DNA of 63,961 nucleotides, counting the filler. It is 7 parts of 7 records of this genome, joined end to end, with 100 filler letters (N's around TTAATTAATTAA, not from the genome) between each part and the next. Parts side by side here need not be neighbours in the genome. Positions count along the whole stretch, not along the records: positions 27,526 to 36,477 come from SRR31147125_9424; positions 36,578 to 43,321 come from SRR31147125_9433; 5 more parts are not named here. One strand, given 5' to 3'. The stretch's first letter is position 1. Each line of letters begins with the position of its first letter. The position numbers were made by a program, and so were the translations under genes. Under the pieces are notes generated by a model that ran no database searches, was not told where the DNA came from, and worked only from the letters and a program-made list of their open reading frames with translations. Shown piece by piece: positions 32,391 through 43,148 of the stretch.

Positions 32391-33634
32391 CTAGCGGGAA
32401 ATATATGGCCCATGAATCGATTTGATTTTGAATTTCTCGGCAGAATCATCCAAAATGATAATATTATAGGATGCGCCACCGGGCTTAACACGTACCACAA
32501 TGTGTCCCTGCTGGCTTTTGAGCTTTTCCAGACTGCTGCCAATGACCACTTTATTTGCCTGCATCATATTTGTGGCGAAAATATCTCTGGGGCCGGGATA
32601 AATTCTAGTAGATAAGAGTCGACGCAGCGTCCTGGGTGTCGGATGACTCGGAGCCCAGGCCTGTATGATGTGGACTCGTGGTCTGAGTGCGCTCAGGAAA
32701 AAGGCATTTTCTGAATCCAGGTATCCATGATGATTGAGTTCATTCACATCAATGGGACCGACGGCTTTGGCAACAGGTGTTTCGATATCATGCCAGACCG
32801 GAGCACCGTCATCTGGTATTCCTATAATATCACCTCCATTAAAATAATCAAAGGCACCGTAACTTAGACGTAAGGCAATACTGCACATATTTTCAGATGG
32901 TTTATCTCTCTCAGGTATGTCTTTCAGGGGAGGTATATGTTTTCGTGTATTGGTGCCAACACCTGTCCAGATTTCACCATTAACGGCAATATTACGGATT
33001 TCAAAATTCGTATATTTTTTTGGGTAATTTAAGAGGACAATCTGATCCTTTGCACCCGGTACAAAACGCTCAACCTGAAAACCATTTTTCTCCTGATGAT
33101 AGGATAGAAAATCCCGATAATTTATCATTGTTGGTGTATTCAATGGCTGAGGGTAATCATAATCCGGCCAACCGCGGTCGATTATTTTTGTAATTGGAAA
33201 TTTATCACCCACCTGAGTGATCCCGGATAGTTTGTATGTTCCGGTTTTCGAGATTTTACTTTCCAGTGTCACCTCTCCCATATGATCGCTATGAAAATGA
33301 GTTAGCAACGCGTAATCGAGAGATGGATTGGATGTAAAAGAAAGCATTTTTTCGATGTAACGATTAATCCACTGACCCGGAGTGCGGCTCGCATCCGGTT
33401 TTTGATCTGTCACACGCGGTTTAGGCCGTGCTGTAGCCCCTGCATCGATGAGAAGCGTCGTTCCATCAGGTAAAAGACAGAAGACACATTCCCTTTACCC
33501 GTGTTGATATGATGAATATCCAGATATCCCTGAGACCAGTCAGGAAAAATATCACCAACCTGTTGTGAGTAAACGTTTACATTACAGATTATCAGAATAA
33601 TAAAGGATATTAACATAAAACAGGATCGTTTCAT
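32391..33634 (-). CDS. ComEC/Rec2-like metallo-beta-lactamase-fold hydrolase; frameshift near 33492
   Basis: LDIHHINTGKG + one G gives ECVFCLLPDGTTLLIDAG, which continues into ORF 32391-33413 with THFHSDHMG, ENMCSI, GGD, NHHG. Confidence 0.82.
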
Positions 33635-33664
33635 TTTTCTCTCCATTAATAACATTCAAAAAAA

Positions 33665-34666
33665 CTAGTGAATTTTTATGATTTTTTCGATACTTTTTTC
33701 GCCTGGCGAAGAGATGAAAAGATTCTCCTGAGTGAATTTCAACAGCCGCCAATTCTTTGTATTCTGCGCAAATGCACCTGTTTCTATCTGACATATTTTA
33801 TGGCCATTTGGCAGGAGAATGTTCTCTGATACATTTCTATGTCCATGGCCAACGAACAGGGCTTTAATGTTTTTATTCTCGTTGAGTATCTTTAAAAATC
33901 CTTTTGAACAGGTTTCCGTGTCGATGGTTAAACTCGATTTCGTTGAAAAAACAATCCCATCGTTATTCTCATCCGGAACCTGTAAATACCTGTGTTTAAA
34001 TATAATAACAGGATCATCACCCGCATTTTTCAGCTGATAGTTGAGCCAATCCAACTGACCTTTATCGATCCATCTTCCTTTGTCATGCAAACTATAGCCA
34101 TTGTCCAGGAATAGAAAACGATAATTCACGTCACCCACTTTAAAAAAACGTGCATAGTAGGTGCCGTTTTGAAAGCAAGGGATATTTCTTATCCATGTTG
34201 CCCTGGCTTTATGGGCGTTGATTTGAAAGGATTCCTTTGAGCTGTCGCTCTCTTCAATCCAGTAACTTGCGATGTCATGATTGCCAAGTGTGAGGTAAAG
34301 AGGTACGGGACAAAGATTGTATATAGGCGTAAATTGTTCAATTTGCGCAGCGAGCATTCGATCAGAGTGGGTTTCAGCTTCAAAATAATCAATGAGATCA
34401 CCTGTTATAACAACCGCATCCACATTCAGGCTATCCGGTTTGGTTTGAAGAAACGTTTCAAGCGGTTCGACTCCGTTACCATAGTGTCGCCGGGCCTTTT
34501 CAAATTCCGGATGATAGCCGTTTAAATTGCAGATATGGGTATCTGAAATAAGCAATAAGGATAGCGAATCGGATTTCGGCGCATTAAAGGCCACTGGGAT
34601 ATCAAACAGAAATATTAAAGATAAAAGTGAAAGAAGCAATTTTGGGTAAAGATGTAATTTAGTCAT
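33665..34666 (-). CDS. Secreted calcineurin-like metallophosphoesterase
   Basis: ISDTH, ITGDLID, LGNHD, VGHGH. Confidence 0.9.
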   Translation of the reverse strand: MTKLHLYPKLLLSLLSLIFLFDIPVAFNAPKSDSLSLLLISDTHICNLNGYHPEFEKARRHYGNGVEPLETFLQTKPDSLNVDAVVITGDLIDYFEAETHSDRMLAAQIEQFTPIYNLCPVPLYLTLGNHDIASYWIEESDSSKESFQINAHKARATWIRNIPCFQNGTYYARFFKVGDVNYRFLFLDNGYSLHDKGRWIDKGQLDWLNYQLKNAGDDPVIIFKHRYLQVPDENNDGIVFSTKSSLTIDTETCSKGFLKILNENKNIKALFVGHGHRNVSENILLPNGHKICQIETGAFAQNTKNWRLLKFTQENLFISSPGEKSIEKIIKIH

Positions 34667-34714
34667 TTTAATAACCTAATCGTTTTTATGTTATGCAAAT
34701 AATATAATTATTAA

Positions 34715-36304
34715 CTATAGAGCCTGTAATTCCAGTCGTGTCTCCACACCCGGCTCAAGATTTATGGATACTCCTTTGTGCAGCTGTTCTCCGGAATACT
34801 CTTCTGATGAACCAGTCGTATGGTTTAAAAGACTGTATTTCTTATCCGGTTCAACGGTGAACCATTCCGGCATGGTATTCATACGCGGCCAATCCTGTGT
34901 AAAATTCATGTATATCCTGTGTCGCGGGATATCGAATTCAAGCTTGCCTGTCCAGGCTTTGTCTGCTTTTACGACTAGAGCAATCCCCTTTTCTGTTGGA
35001 GCAGCGCCCAACTGCAGATCCTGACGCCATGGCCGCATAATGGTATTTTGCGTGTGCAACATGGCGTGAATAAGAACTGTACGTACGGTATTTGATTCCA
35101 GTTTATGCGTGTCCCACAACCAGGTTTGGTCAAGTGGTTCGGACGTGTCAACCAGAACCGTGGCTATTTCCCGGTCTGCCCACTGAAATCCCTGTGCAAC
35201 AGGTATTCGGTTAAGCAGGTAAAGCCCTCCCTCAACAGAATCGGCAATATTATCCCGGGAATTGTGATCCCAGTTGAAATTCTTGTAACGAGGTTTTAAA
35301 AGATGGCTGAGAGCAAACTTTATCTGATCGCGATACAAATTCCGGCCAACAGCCATATCATAATCCAGGTAAGCGACATAATCATATCCCCAGCCGTCAC
35401 GCAGGATGACATTATCGTGTGGGCCGGGCGTATCCTGCAATTTACCGATTATAATGCCATCTGAATTTGTACCACGTCGGATAATTTCATCAAACATGTA
35501 GCGTAAATGTGGTTCATACTCTTTAAATTTCGTCGAGGACCGTGTTGATTCCACAGCAAAAAGTAAACCGAGACCACCGATTATCTCACAGCCATGATCA
35601 GACAGTTTTTCCGGGACAAATCGACCAGGTTTCAGGTAATAGTCAGCCAGACGATAAGCCCAGTCGAGATACTTTTGCTCGCCCGTCATTGTGTAAAGTC
35701 GCGGCAGGATCTGTAATAATTCACCATTGACTTCAATGTTTTTTGACGGGATTTTACCATATGGTGTTTTTATATTAGCGTTTTTAAAAATATCGTCGAT
35801 GATATTTTTAAGGCGGTCATACCATTCATTTCTTCCAGTCAGTTCCACAACAGCTACCAGACCATCTTTGACATATTCACTGGCACCAAATATAATCTGA
35901 TCGATCGTTCTGTCCCTCTTGCGTCCGTTCACCAGGTCATAATCCACTGGTAATTGATCGATATGGTTGCAGAGTTTTTGTTCCGCTCGCAGGATATCCT
36001 TCATGGGTCCATTTAACACGTCCAGGTCTGTGTAATAGGCAGCCCAGATCACAAAAGGATAACAATCAGCAGCTGTATCGCGATAACTCCATTCTTTTGG
36101 AGATTGTCCCATATACAGACCGGTATTTTGATCAATGGCTGGCAGGCACTTTTCATGCAGCCAGCGCTGGACTTTACTCAGGGAGTAGCTGGCTATTTCT
36201 GCGGATTTTCTGGCCTGAACAAAGGGCCTGTTGTCTGAAGCGTTTGTAAATGATACGCTGAAACAGAATAACCAGATGCAGATGAGTTTTATTGAAATTT
36301 TCAT
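34715..36304 (-). CDS. Secreted hypothetical protein, possibly an alpha/alpha-toroid glycan-active fold
   Basis: 529-aa ORF with signal peptide and AGGAG SD; acidic motifs DTAADCYPF, SEYVKDGL, DHGCE, ADSVEG. The fold is inference. Confidence 0.6.
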   Translation of the reverse strand: MKISIKLICIWLFCFSVSFTNASDNRPFVQARKSAEIASYSLSKVQRWLHEKCLPAIDQNTGLYMGQSPKEWSYRDTAADCYPFVIWAAYYTDLDVLNGPMKDILRAEQKLCNHIDQLPVDYDLVNGRKRDRTIDQIIFGASEYVKDGLVAVVELTGRNEWYDRLKNIIDDIFKNANIKTPYGKIPSKNIEVNGELLQILPRLYTMTGEQKYLDWAYRLADYYLKPGRFVPEKLSDHGCEIIGGLGLLFAVESTRSSTKFKEYEPHLRYMFDEIIRRGTNSDGIIIGKLQDTPGPHDNVILRDGWGYDYVAYLDYDMAVGRNLYRDQIKFALSHLLKPRYKNFNWDHNSRDNIADSVEGGLYLLNRIPVAQGFQWADREIATVLVDTSEPLDQTWLWDTHKLESNTVRTVLIHAMLHTQNTIMRPWRQDLQLGAAPTEKGIALVVKADKAWTGKLEFDIPRHRIYMNFTQDWPRMNTMPEWFTVEPDKKYSLLNHTTGSSEEYSGEQLHKGVSINLEPGVETRLELQAL

Positions 36305-36327
36305 GATGTTTCTCCTGAAAGCATAAC

Positions 36328-36477
36328 TCTGATCGCTCGGGGATTCTATCCCCGGGCGGGCAATAAATTGGGGCTTTAGCCCCTGAATGATAGTGCCAGC
36401 GGAACTTTTTTTATGGAAAAAAACAAAACTCTAATATTTTTTTTGCCCGAATGGTGTGGATCCTGTTTTCAACTCCG
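36328..36477. repeat. REP-like composite repeat, copy 1 (contig end)
   Basis: TCTGATCGCTCGGGGATTCTATCCCCGGGCGGG, GGGGCTTTAGCCCC, GATAGTGCCAG.GGAACT and TGTGGATCCTGTTTTCA.CTCC are all shared with 43149-43286. Confidence 0.8.
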
Positions 36478-36578
36478 NNNNNNNNNNNNNNNNNNNNNNN
36501 NNNNNNNNNNNNNNNNNNNNNTTAATTAATTAANNNNNNNNNNNNNNNNNNNNNNNNNNNNNNNNNNNNNNNNNNNNT

Positions 36579-37733
36579 CTGACCGCCAAACATCATGATG
36601 GATTTTGCTTATGGCCCAGCCGTTACACCGAACATAGCGTGAAAAACAGCCCCTGGCGCGATGGTAAAGGGGATGTTATTCAGGAACTGCAAAAAGCGTG
36701 TCAGGCTGAAGGCATGAAAATGGGTTTGTATCTTTCTCCATGGGATCGACATGAACCTACTTATGGACAGGGTTTGTATTATAATCAATATTACCTGGGA
36801 CAGCTGCGAGAATTACTGACTCAATATGGCCCGCTAAGCGAAATTTGGTTTGATGGTGCCTGCGGGGAAGGGCCAAATGGCAAAAAACAACAATACGATT
36901 TTGCTGCCTACTGGTCTCTTGTCCGCCAGTTACAGCCTGGCGCTGTAATGTTTTCCGATGCCGGGCCGGATGTACGCTGGATTGGCAATGAACATGGTTT
37001 TGCCGGAGAAACGTGCTGGTCCATGATGGATAAAGACAAGGTGACCATCGGTGGAGCTGACACTGGTTACCTCAATACAGGGGATCCAAATGGGCCGCAT
37101 TGGGTGCCTGGTGAATGTGATGTTTCTATTCGAAAAGGCTGGTTCTGGCATCCGGATCAACAACCAAAAACAGTTGAGCAATTGGTGGATATTTATTTTA
37201 AATCTGTCGGCCGCAATGGTGTTTTTTTGTTAAATGTGCCACCAAATAGAAAAGGTTTGTTTTCACAGGAGGATGTCCAGAGATTATATGAATTCAGAGC
37301 TGCCCTGAATAGTATTTTTATAAATAATTTTGCTTATCACAAAACAGCCAAAGCCAGCAATGTCCGCGGAGGCGCTTTGGAATACAATGCTTCTAAAGTT
37401 CTGGATGAAGACGATTTGACCTATTGGGCCACAGATGATAATGTCACAACCGGTTCGATTGAAGTGGATCTCGGCGAACCTGTAACATTTAACGTGGCAC
37501 ATATGCAGGAACCCATTACATTCGGACAGAGAATTGCTGCTTACCACATCGATGTATGGGATGGTGGTACCTGGAAAACAATTAGCAAAGGAACCACTAT
37601 TGGATATACCAAACTGGATCGTTTTAAAACGGTTACGGCACAACGCGTTCGGCTTGTTATTGATAAATCTCGTGCCTGCCCGTTAATATCCGAATTTGGA
37701 TTGTTCTTTAATCCAATGCAGGAATCAGAATAA
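36579..37733 (+). CDS. Alpha-L-fucosidase (GH29) with C-terminal F5/8-type (CBM32-like) domain, 5'-truncated
   Basis: LTAKHHDGFCLWPS, YLSPWDRH, EIWFDGA, RWIGNE, ECDVSIRKGWF, SVGRN..FLLNVPP. Confidence 0.93.
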   Translation: MTAKHHDGFCLWPSRYTEHSVKNSPWRDGKGDVIQELQKACQAEGMKMGLYLSPWDRHEPTYGQGLYYNQYYLGQLRELLTQYGPLSEIWFDGACGEGPNGKKQQYDFAAYWSLVRQLQPGAVMFSDAGPDVRWIGNEHGFAGETCWSMMDKDKVTIGGADTGYLNTGDPNGPHWVPGECDVSIRKGWFWHPDQQPKTVEQLVDIYFKSVGRNGVFLLNVPPNRKGLFSQEDVQRLYEFRAALNSIFINNFAYHKTAKASNVRGGALEYNASKVLDEDDLTYWATDDNVTTGSIEVDLGEPVTFNVAHMQEPITFGQRIAAYHIDVWDGGTWKTISKGTTIGYTKLDRFKTVTAQRVRLVIDKSRACPLISEFGLFFNPMQESE

Positions 37734-37796
37734 ATACGATATATTTTTTTATGAAAAAAGTTATTATTTAATGAAGCGTTTCAGAGAGGATGTCAA

Positions 37797-38747
37797 ATGA
37801 GAGAAATTCGCATTGGTGCTGCACAGTTTGAGCATCGAAATGGAGATAAAGAGTACAATTTGTCCTGTATTCGTAAGCTCACAGCCAAAGCAAAAGAGAA
37901 AGGTGCGGACATTGTCAGTTTTCATGAGATGTGTATACCAGCCTACTCTTTCATGCGAAAATTATCCAAACAAGAGCTGTTTGACTATGCCGAATCTGTT
38001 CCCAATGGGCCCAGCACTGAAAAACTCATTGCGATTGCGCGTGAATTTAATGTCGCTTTATTGGCCGGCCTTTTGGAAAAGGATAATGGCAAATTTTACA
38101 ATACCTACATTTGTGTAACAGGTGATGGTTTGGTTGCCAAATTTCGAAAAATACATGCCTTTATCAATGAACATCTGTCCCCTGGAAATGACTTTGTTGT
38201 TTTTGATCTATTAGGCTGTAAATGTGGAATTCTCATTTGTTATGATAATAATATTATTGAAAATGTTCGTTGCACGGCACTTTTAGGAGCGGACATTATT
38301 TTTATGCCACATGTAACCGGCTGTCTTCCCTCGGTCATGCCTGGCCGGGGTGTTGTAGATCGAGCTTTATGGGATAATCGGGACAAAGATCCTGTATCGA
38401 TACGAATGGAACTGAACGGTCCCAAAGGGCGCGGCTGGCTAATGCGCTGGTTGCCAGCCCGTGCTTATGACAATGGCATTTATGCCGTGTTTACAAATCC
38501 GATAGGTGTTGACGACGATCAGATCCGGAATGGAAATGCTATGATACTGGATCCGTTTGGGGAAATTATCACTGAGAGCTATATCCTGGGTGATGATGTG
38601 GTGGTTGGTCTTTGTACCCCTGACAAGATTCCAGTTTCCAGTGGTTTTCGTTATCGAAATGCCAGGCGTCCTGATCTATTTAGCAAACTAGTAGAACCAC
38701 CAGTGACAGCCCCGAAGACGAATCCCGGCTGGAAAATCAAGGATTAG
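37797..38747 (+). CDS. Carbon-nitrogen hydrolase (nitrilase superfamily)
   Basis: Glu-Lys-Cys triad: SFHE, FRKIH, ILICYD. Confidence 0.9.
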   Translation: MREIRIGAAQFEHRNGDKEYNLSCIRKLTAKAKEKGADIVSFHEMCIPAYSFMRKLSKQELFDYAESVPNGPSTEKLIAIAREFNVALLAGLLEKDNGKFYNTYICVTGDGLVAKFRKIHAFINEHLSPGNDFVVFDLLGCKCGILICYDNNIIENVRCTALLGADIIFMPHVTGCLPSVMPGRGVVDRALWDNRDKDPVSIRMELNGPKGRGWLMRWLPARAYDNGIYAVFTNPIGVDDDQIRNGNAMILDPFGEIITESYILGDDVVVGLCTPDKIPVSSGFRYRNARRPDLFSKLVEPPVTAPKTNPGWKIKD

Positions 38748-38953
38748 AAAAAAGATAATTTCTCCAGATACGGGAGACCTGTTAGATAATTTGAAAACAG
38801 GATAAATTTTGATAACATATTTAAACTAAAAAAGCAGGAGGTCGTTTTTATATTTTATAATTGCCTTGCTCCAAAAATTTAGTAAAGAATTACCTTCGTT
38901 TTTGCTAACAAAAACAATCTGATAATTTGTTGTTAAACAAAGGAGAGAGACAC

Positions 38954-40639
38954 ATGCAGAGTGGATTTCATTGGTTAGATTCGCTGGTTTTGTTTGGTTA
39001 TTTTATCGGTATCACTGTATTTGGTTTGTGGATTGCGCGTAAAACAAAAACAAGTGACGGATATTTCCGTGGGGAGAGAAAGTTTAGTTGGTGGATCATG
39101 ATGGGACAGGCATTTGGAACAGGTACACACGCCGAAATGCCGGTTGCACAAACAGGTGCTACTTTTCATTTGGGATTTGCTTCAATTTGGTATCAGTGGA
39201 AAAATATGCTTATCACGCCATTTTATTGGCTATTAGCGCCATGGTATCGCCGAAGTGAACGCACAACAATTGGTGAGATTATTCAAGATCGCTATGGCCG
39301 CAGAATGGCTTTTATTTATTCTGTGTTTGCTATCGCCTTTTTTGTATTTAATCAGGGTGCGATGCTACAGGGTGCTGCAAAAATTATATCCGTGGCAACA
39401 GGAAATATGATCTCTCCGAATGGGGTGGTTTTAGCAATGACGTTGGCTTTTATTCTCTATAGTTTTTTTGGCGGGCTTATTTCTGCTGCTTATACGGATT
39501 TTATTCAGGGTTTTTTAATTATTGTCCTATCCTTTTTGCTGATACCGTCCGGTTTGCACGCGGTGGGCGGATTTTCAGGCATGCGGGCATCCATTCCCCC
39601 GGAATTTTTTCAACTTTATAGTGATGTGAGTGGTTTGACAGCCTTTACAATTGCAATGCTGGCGGTAAATGGAATTGTCGGGATCACAGCACAGCCGCAT
39701 ATGGTTGCCATGTGTGCCACAGGTAGCACGGAACGAGCCGGACGCGTCGGTCAGACTTATGGCTCTCTGGTCAAACGTCTGGCAACTATTGGCTGGGCTT
39801 TAACAGGTCTGATCGTGGCCGCGATGGTTGTTCAACGCGGTGTTAATTTGCCAGATCCGGAATTTGCTTTTGGCTATGCCAGCCGCGAGTTGTTATTACC
39901 CGGATTAACAGGTCTCATGGTCGCTTGTGTGTTGGCCGCGAACATGTCAACGTGCTCCAATTTTATGGTAAACACAGGCGCTCTGTTTACAAAAAACTTT
40001 TATTTGCCATATATAAAACCGGATGCAAAAGATAAACAATTATTGTGGACAGGACGATTTTCAGGTTTTGGCCTGACATTACTGGGTGTGCTATTTGCCC
40101 TTACTGTTAAAAATGTACTTCATGCCTTTTTATTCACTGAAACGATTGCTGCTTTTATGGGTATTATTGTGCTTGGCGGAATCCTGTGGAAACGTGCTAA
40201 TCGCTATGGGGCTTATGCGGCTGTTATCGTTTCATTTGGTTTGTATTACGTTTTGAATTACATGCTAACCGATGAACTTTTGCTTGTTTATAAATGGAAA
40301 CCAGAGCCATTCGGTTGGGCCATGCTGGCTGGATTTTCTGCCCTGATTATCGTAAGTCTGGTGACAAAAGCGGAAGATAAAGCAAAGATGGATATCTTTT
40401 TTGATAACATGAACCGTATATCCGATGCGGAAGGGCTTAAAGAGGGCGAGGAAAAGCCACTAGCCTCGAATCATGGCAAGGATTTGATTTTTCTGGATAT
40501 CACGGGATGGTTAAAAGCAGATCGCTGGAAAAACTTTTTCCATCGCTATAAAGAAGATGTCGTTGGATTTATACTTGCCTGGGCATTTGTTGGTATTCTG
40601 ATACTGCTGGCCTGGAGTATAATGCAATTGGGAAGGTAA
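38954..40639 (+). CDS. Sodium:solute symporter
   Basis: YFRGER, FGTGTH, RYG, AAYTDFIQG, LAANMSTCS; many TM helices; ATG at 38954 after AGGAG. Confidence 0.9.
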   Translation: MQSGFHWLDSLVLFGYFIGITVFGLWIARKTKTSDGYFRGERKFSWWIMMGQAFGTGTHAEMPVAQTGATFHLGFASIWYQWKNMLITPFYWLLAPWYRRSERTTIGEIIQDRYGRRMAFIYSVFAIAFFVFNQGAMLQGAAKIISVATGNMISPNGVVLAMTLAFILYSFFGGLISAAYTDFIQGFLIIVLSFLLIPSGLHAVGGFSGMRASIPPEFFQLYSDVSGLTAFTIAMLAVNGIVGITAQPHMVAMCATGSTERAGRVGQTYGSLVKRLATIGWALTGLIVAAMVVQRGVNLPDPEFAFGYASRELLLPGLTGLMVACVLAANMSTCSNFMVNTGALFTKNFYLPYIKPDAKDKQLLWTGRFSGFGLTLLGVLFALTVKNVLHAFLFTETIAAFMGIIVLGGILWKRANRYGAYAAVIVSFGLYYVLNYMLTDELLLVYKWKPEPFGWAMLAGFSALIIVSLVTKAEDKAKMDIFFDNMNRISDAEGLKEGEEKPLASNHGKDLIFLDITGWLKADRWKNFFHRYKEDVVGFILAWAFVGILILLAWSIMQLGR

Positions 40640-40655
40640 CGGAATAAGTAAAAGC

Positions 40656-42017
40656 ATGAAAAAGGCTGACATAATGAATAAAAGAATTGTTTTAAAAAAT
40701 GGGCACGTGGTCTTGCCGGATCAGATCGTAAATGCTCATGTTGTTATTGAAGACGGGATAATCACATATATCGGTACGGAACTGACTGAAAATGAAAACG
40801 ATACAGTTCTTGATGTCCGGGATAAGTATATATTACCCGGTTTTATCGATGCTCATACAAATGGTGCTGCTGGTTTTGATTTGTCTGCCGGTCTTTTTGA
40901 TCCGACATCTTTGCAATTTTCCACAGATATGGAATCAGTGCATAAGGGGCTTTCAAATGCCTTGATGTATTTCCTGAGCAAGGGATCAACCAAAGTTGGT
41001 TTGACCTCCATTGCCAGTCCTGTAGACCAGTTGGAAAAGAATTACAGTATTGTGAATGATTGTCTAAACAATGGTTATGCTAACGGGATTGAGGATGTTT
41101 TTGCCGGCATCTATGTTGAAGGCACCTTTATGAAGATGCCGGAATACCGGGGTGCTCATAATCCGGACTATTTTTATCCACCCTCGATAGAATTATACGA
41201 AAAATTACAGCAGGCATCCGGGGGTCGAATAAAGGTCGTCAATATTCCACCGGAACATGATGAACGTGGTCTGGAGCTTGTGGAATACCTGAGTGGTAAA
41301 GGTATTATCGTTGCGGCCGGGCATACCGGAGCGAATGCGAGACAGTATGAAAAAGCCGTGGAAAAAGGCCTGTCTCTGGCCGTACATTTTCTAAACGGGC
41401 CCACAAGCAGTTCCACAAAATCCTTTCATGGTGGTGGTGCTGTAGAAGCCATATTACGCCTGGATGATGTTTATGTGGAACTGATCACTGATGGATATCA
41501 TGTCAGTCCGGAATATGTCCTGAATACGATTGTGCGTAAAGGTGTGGACAAAACAGTGGTCATTACAGACAGCATGTTTTTAACGGGATTGGAAGACATA
41601 ACCTTTTTTGAGATGTTTGGTATCAAGGGACAGGTTAGCCAAAACAAAGAATATCTTCAGGTTCGTGGCAGTAAAGATACATTGTTTGGCAGTATTTTGA
41701 CAATGGACAAGGCATTTTCAAATGTCTTGTCCTGGTTAACCCGACCTATGAAAGGGATTTGGTATCCGAATTTCGAAGCAATGGACTTTAAGCAGGCGAT
41801 TGTTGAGACATCGAAGATGTGTAGTCAAGTTCCTGCAAAAGCATTGGGTATTTACGAACAGGACCATCCGGGAAATCGTCAGGAAAAAGGCTTTTATACA
41901 GGCAGCCTTGAACCTGGTAAAAAAGCGGATCTCCTTGTGGCTTCTATCAACGAAAATGAAAATGGACATGTATTAAATGTGGAAAAGGTTTTCCTCAAGG
42001 GGACGCCCATTGTCTAA
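40656..42017 (+). CDS. NagA-like amidohydrolase (N-acetylhexosamine deacetylase family)
   Basis: PGFIDAHTNG, VEGTF, GAH, AGHT, VHFLNG, DGYH, ITDS, GSLEPGKKADL. Confidence 0.8.
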   Translation: MKKADIMNKRIVLKNGHVVLPDQIVNAHVVIEDGIITYIGTELTENENDTVLDVRDKYILPGFIDAHTNGAAGFDLSAGLFDPTSLQFSTDMESVHKGLSNALMYFLSKGSTKVGLTSIASPVDQLEKNYSIVNDCLNNGYANGIEDVFAGIYVEGTFMKMPEYRGAHNPDYFYPPSIELYEKLQQASGGRIKVVNIPPEHDERGLELVEYLSGKGIIVAAGHTGANARQYEKAVEKGLSLAVHFLNGPTSSSTKSFHGGGAVEAILRLDDVYVELITDGYHVSPEYVLNTIVRKGVDKTVVITDSMFLTGLEDITFFEMFGIKGQVSQNKEYLQVRGSKDTLFGSILTMDKAFSNVLSWLTRPMKGIWYPNFEAMDFKQAIVETSKMCSQVPAKALGIYEQDHPGNRQEKGFYTGSLEPGKKADLLVASINENENGHVLNVEKVFLKGTPIV

Positions 42018-42058
42018 TGTAAAATATGGCTGTAACGAACTTTTGAAAGGAGGTAATA

Positions 42059-43045
42059 ATGCGATTTTTTAAGGGTTGCCTACTGGTGATTTTGACTCTT
42101 GTTTTAAGTTGTTCCTCATCTTCAACGTCGGAATCAAAGAATAAGATTATCAAAATCGGCCTGATTGGTTTGGATACTTCTCACGCTCCTGCTTTTACAA
42201 AAATACTAAATGATACAACATCAGCGGATTTTATTACTGGCGCCAAAGTGGTATGTGCTTATGCCGGTGGCAGTCCGGATGTCGAAGCCAGTTATACACG
42301 CGTTGAAAAATTTACCGCGCGGATTCGTGATGAATTTAAGGTTGAAATTGTGCCGGATATTGAGACTCTTGTGAAAAAAGTGGATGCGGTTATTATTAAC
42401 AGTGTTGACGGGCGCGTGCATCTGGAACAAGCCAAACCGGTTATTGCTGCGAAAAAGCCCTTTTTTGTTGATAAACCTATGGCCGCCAATTTAGCGGAAG
42501 CAAAAGAAATATTTCGTCTGGCTAATGAAGCAGGCGTGCCCTGTTTTAGCGCGTCCAGTTTACGATATATGAATGAATTGGTAGAGGTGTTGGCAGATAC
42601 GAGTCTGGGCCCGATTGTTGGCTGTGATATTTACGCACCCTGTAAATACGAACCTCACCATCCTGACCTTTTTTGGTATGGAGTGCATGGGGTGGAAATG
42701 CTTTTTACTGTGATGGGACCGGAATGTGTTTCCCTTTCCCGTACGCAGACAGAAGGTACGGATGTTGTTACTGGCCAATGGCAGGATGGACGACTTGGCA
42801 CATTTCGTGGTATAAGGGAAGGCGAGTCCGGTTATGGAGCGACCATCTTTTTTGAAAAAGGCATACGGTCTATAAAGTATGAAAAAGGAAGTCTGTATAC
42901 AAATCTGCTGAACAAGGTGATCACGTTTTTTCAGACAGGACAAACGCCGATTCCGCAGGAGGATACCGTTGCTATTTTTGCTTTTATGCAGGCAGCTGAA
43001 ACGAGCAAAGAAAAAGGTGGCAGTGTTGTTCCTGTTGTCAAGTAA
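42059..43045 (+). CDS. Gfo/Idh/MocA-family oxidoreductase, lipoprotein
   Basis: LVLSC lipobox; IGLIGLDTSH, VDGRVHLEQA, FVDKPMA, WYGVHGVE. Confidence 0.88.
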   Translation: MRFFKGCLLVILTLVLSCSSSSTSESKNKIIKIGLIGLDTSHAPAFTKILNDTTSADFITGAKVVCAYAGGSPDVEASYTRVEKFTARIRDEFKVEIVPDIETLVKKVDAVIINSVDGRVHLEQAKPVIAAKKPFFVDKPMAANLAEAKEIFRLANEAGVPCFSASSLRYMNELVEVLADTSLGPIVGCDIYAPCKYEPHHPDLFWYGVHGVEMLFTVMGPECVSLSRTQTEGTDVVTGQWQDGRLGTFRGIREGESGYGATIFFEKGIRSIKYEKGSLYTNLLNKVITFFQTGQTPIPQEDTVAIFAFMQAAETSKEKGGSVVPVVK

Positions 43046-43148
43046 TAGTCGGGCGATGAGGCTGTGTTATGGATTTTCGCTATGAGTATGCGTGATGGCA
43101 TGGCAGAGAATGCGGCTTGAACTTTTTAATCAGTTAAGGGCCTAAAGG

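Noticed and set aside
36384-36398. Sigma-54 promoter TGGCACTATCATTCA as a firm feature
   Set aside because: The -12 element lacks the conserved G, and the same motif occurs in the second repeat copy antisense to the local genes.
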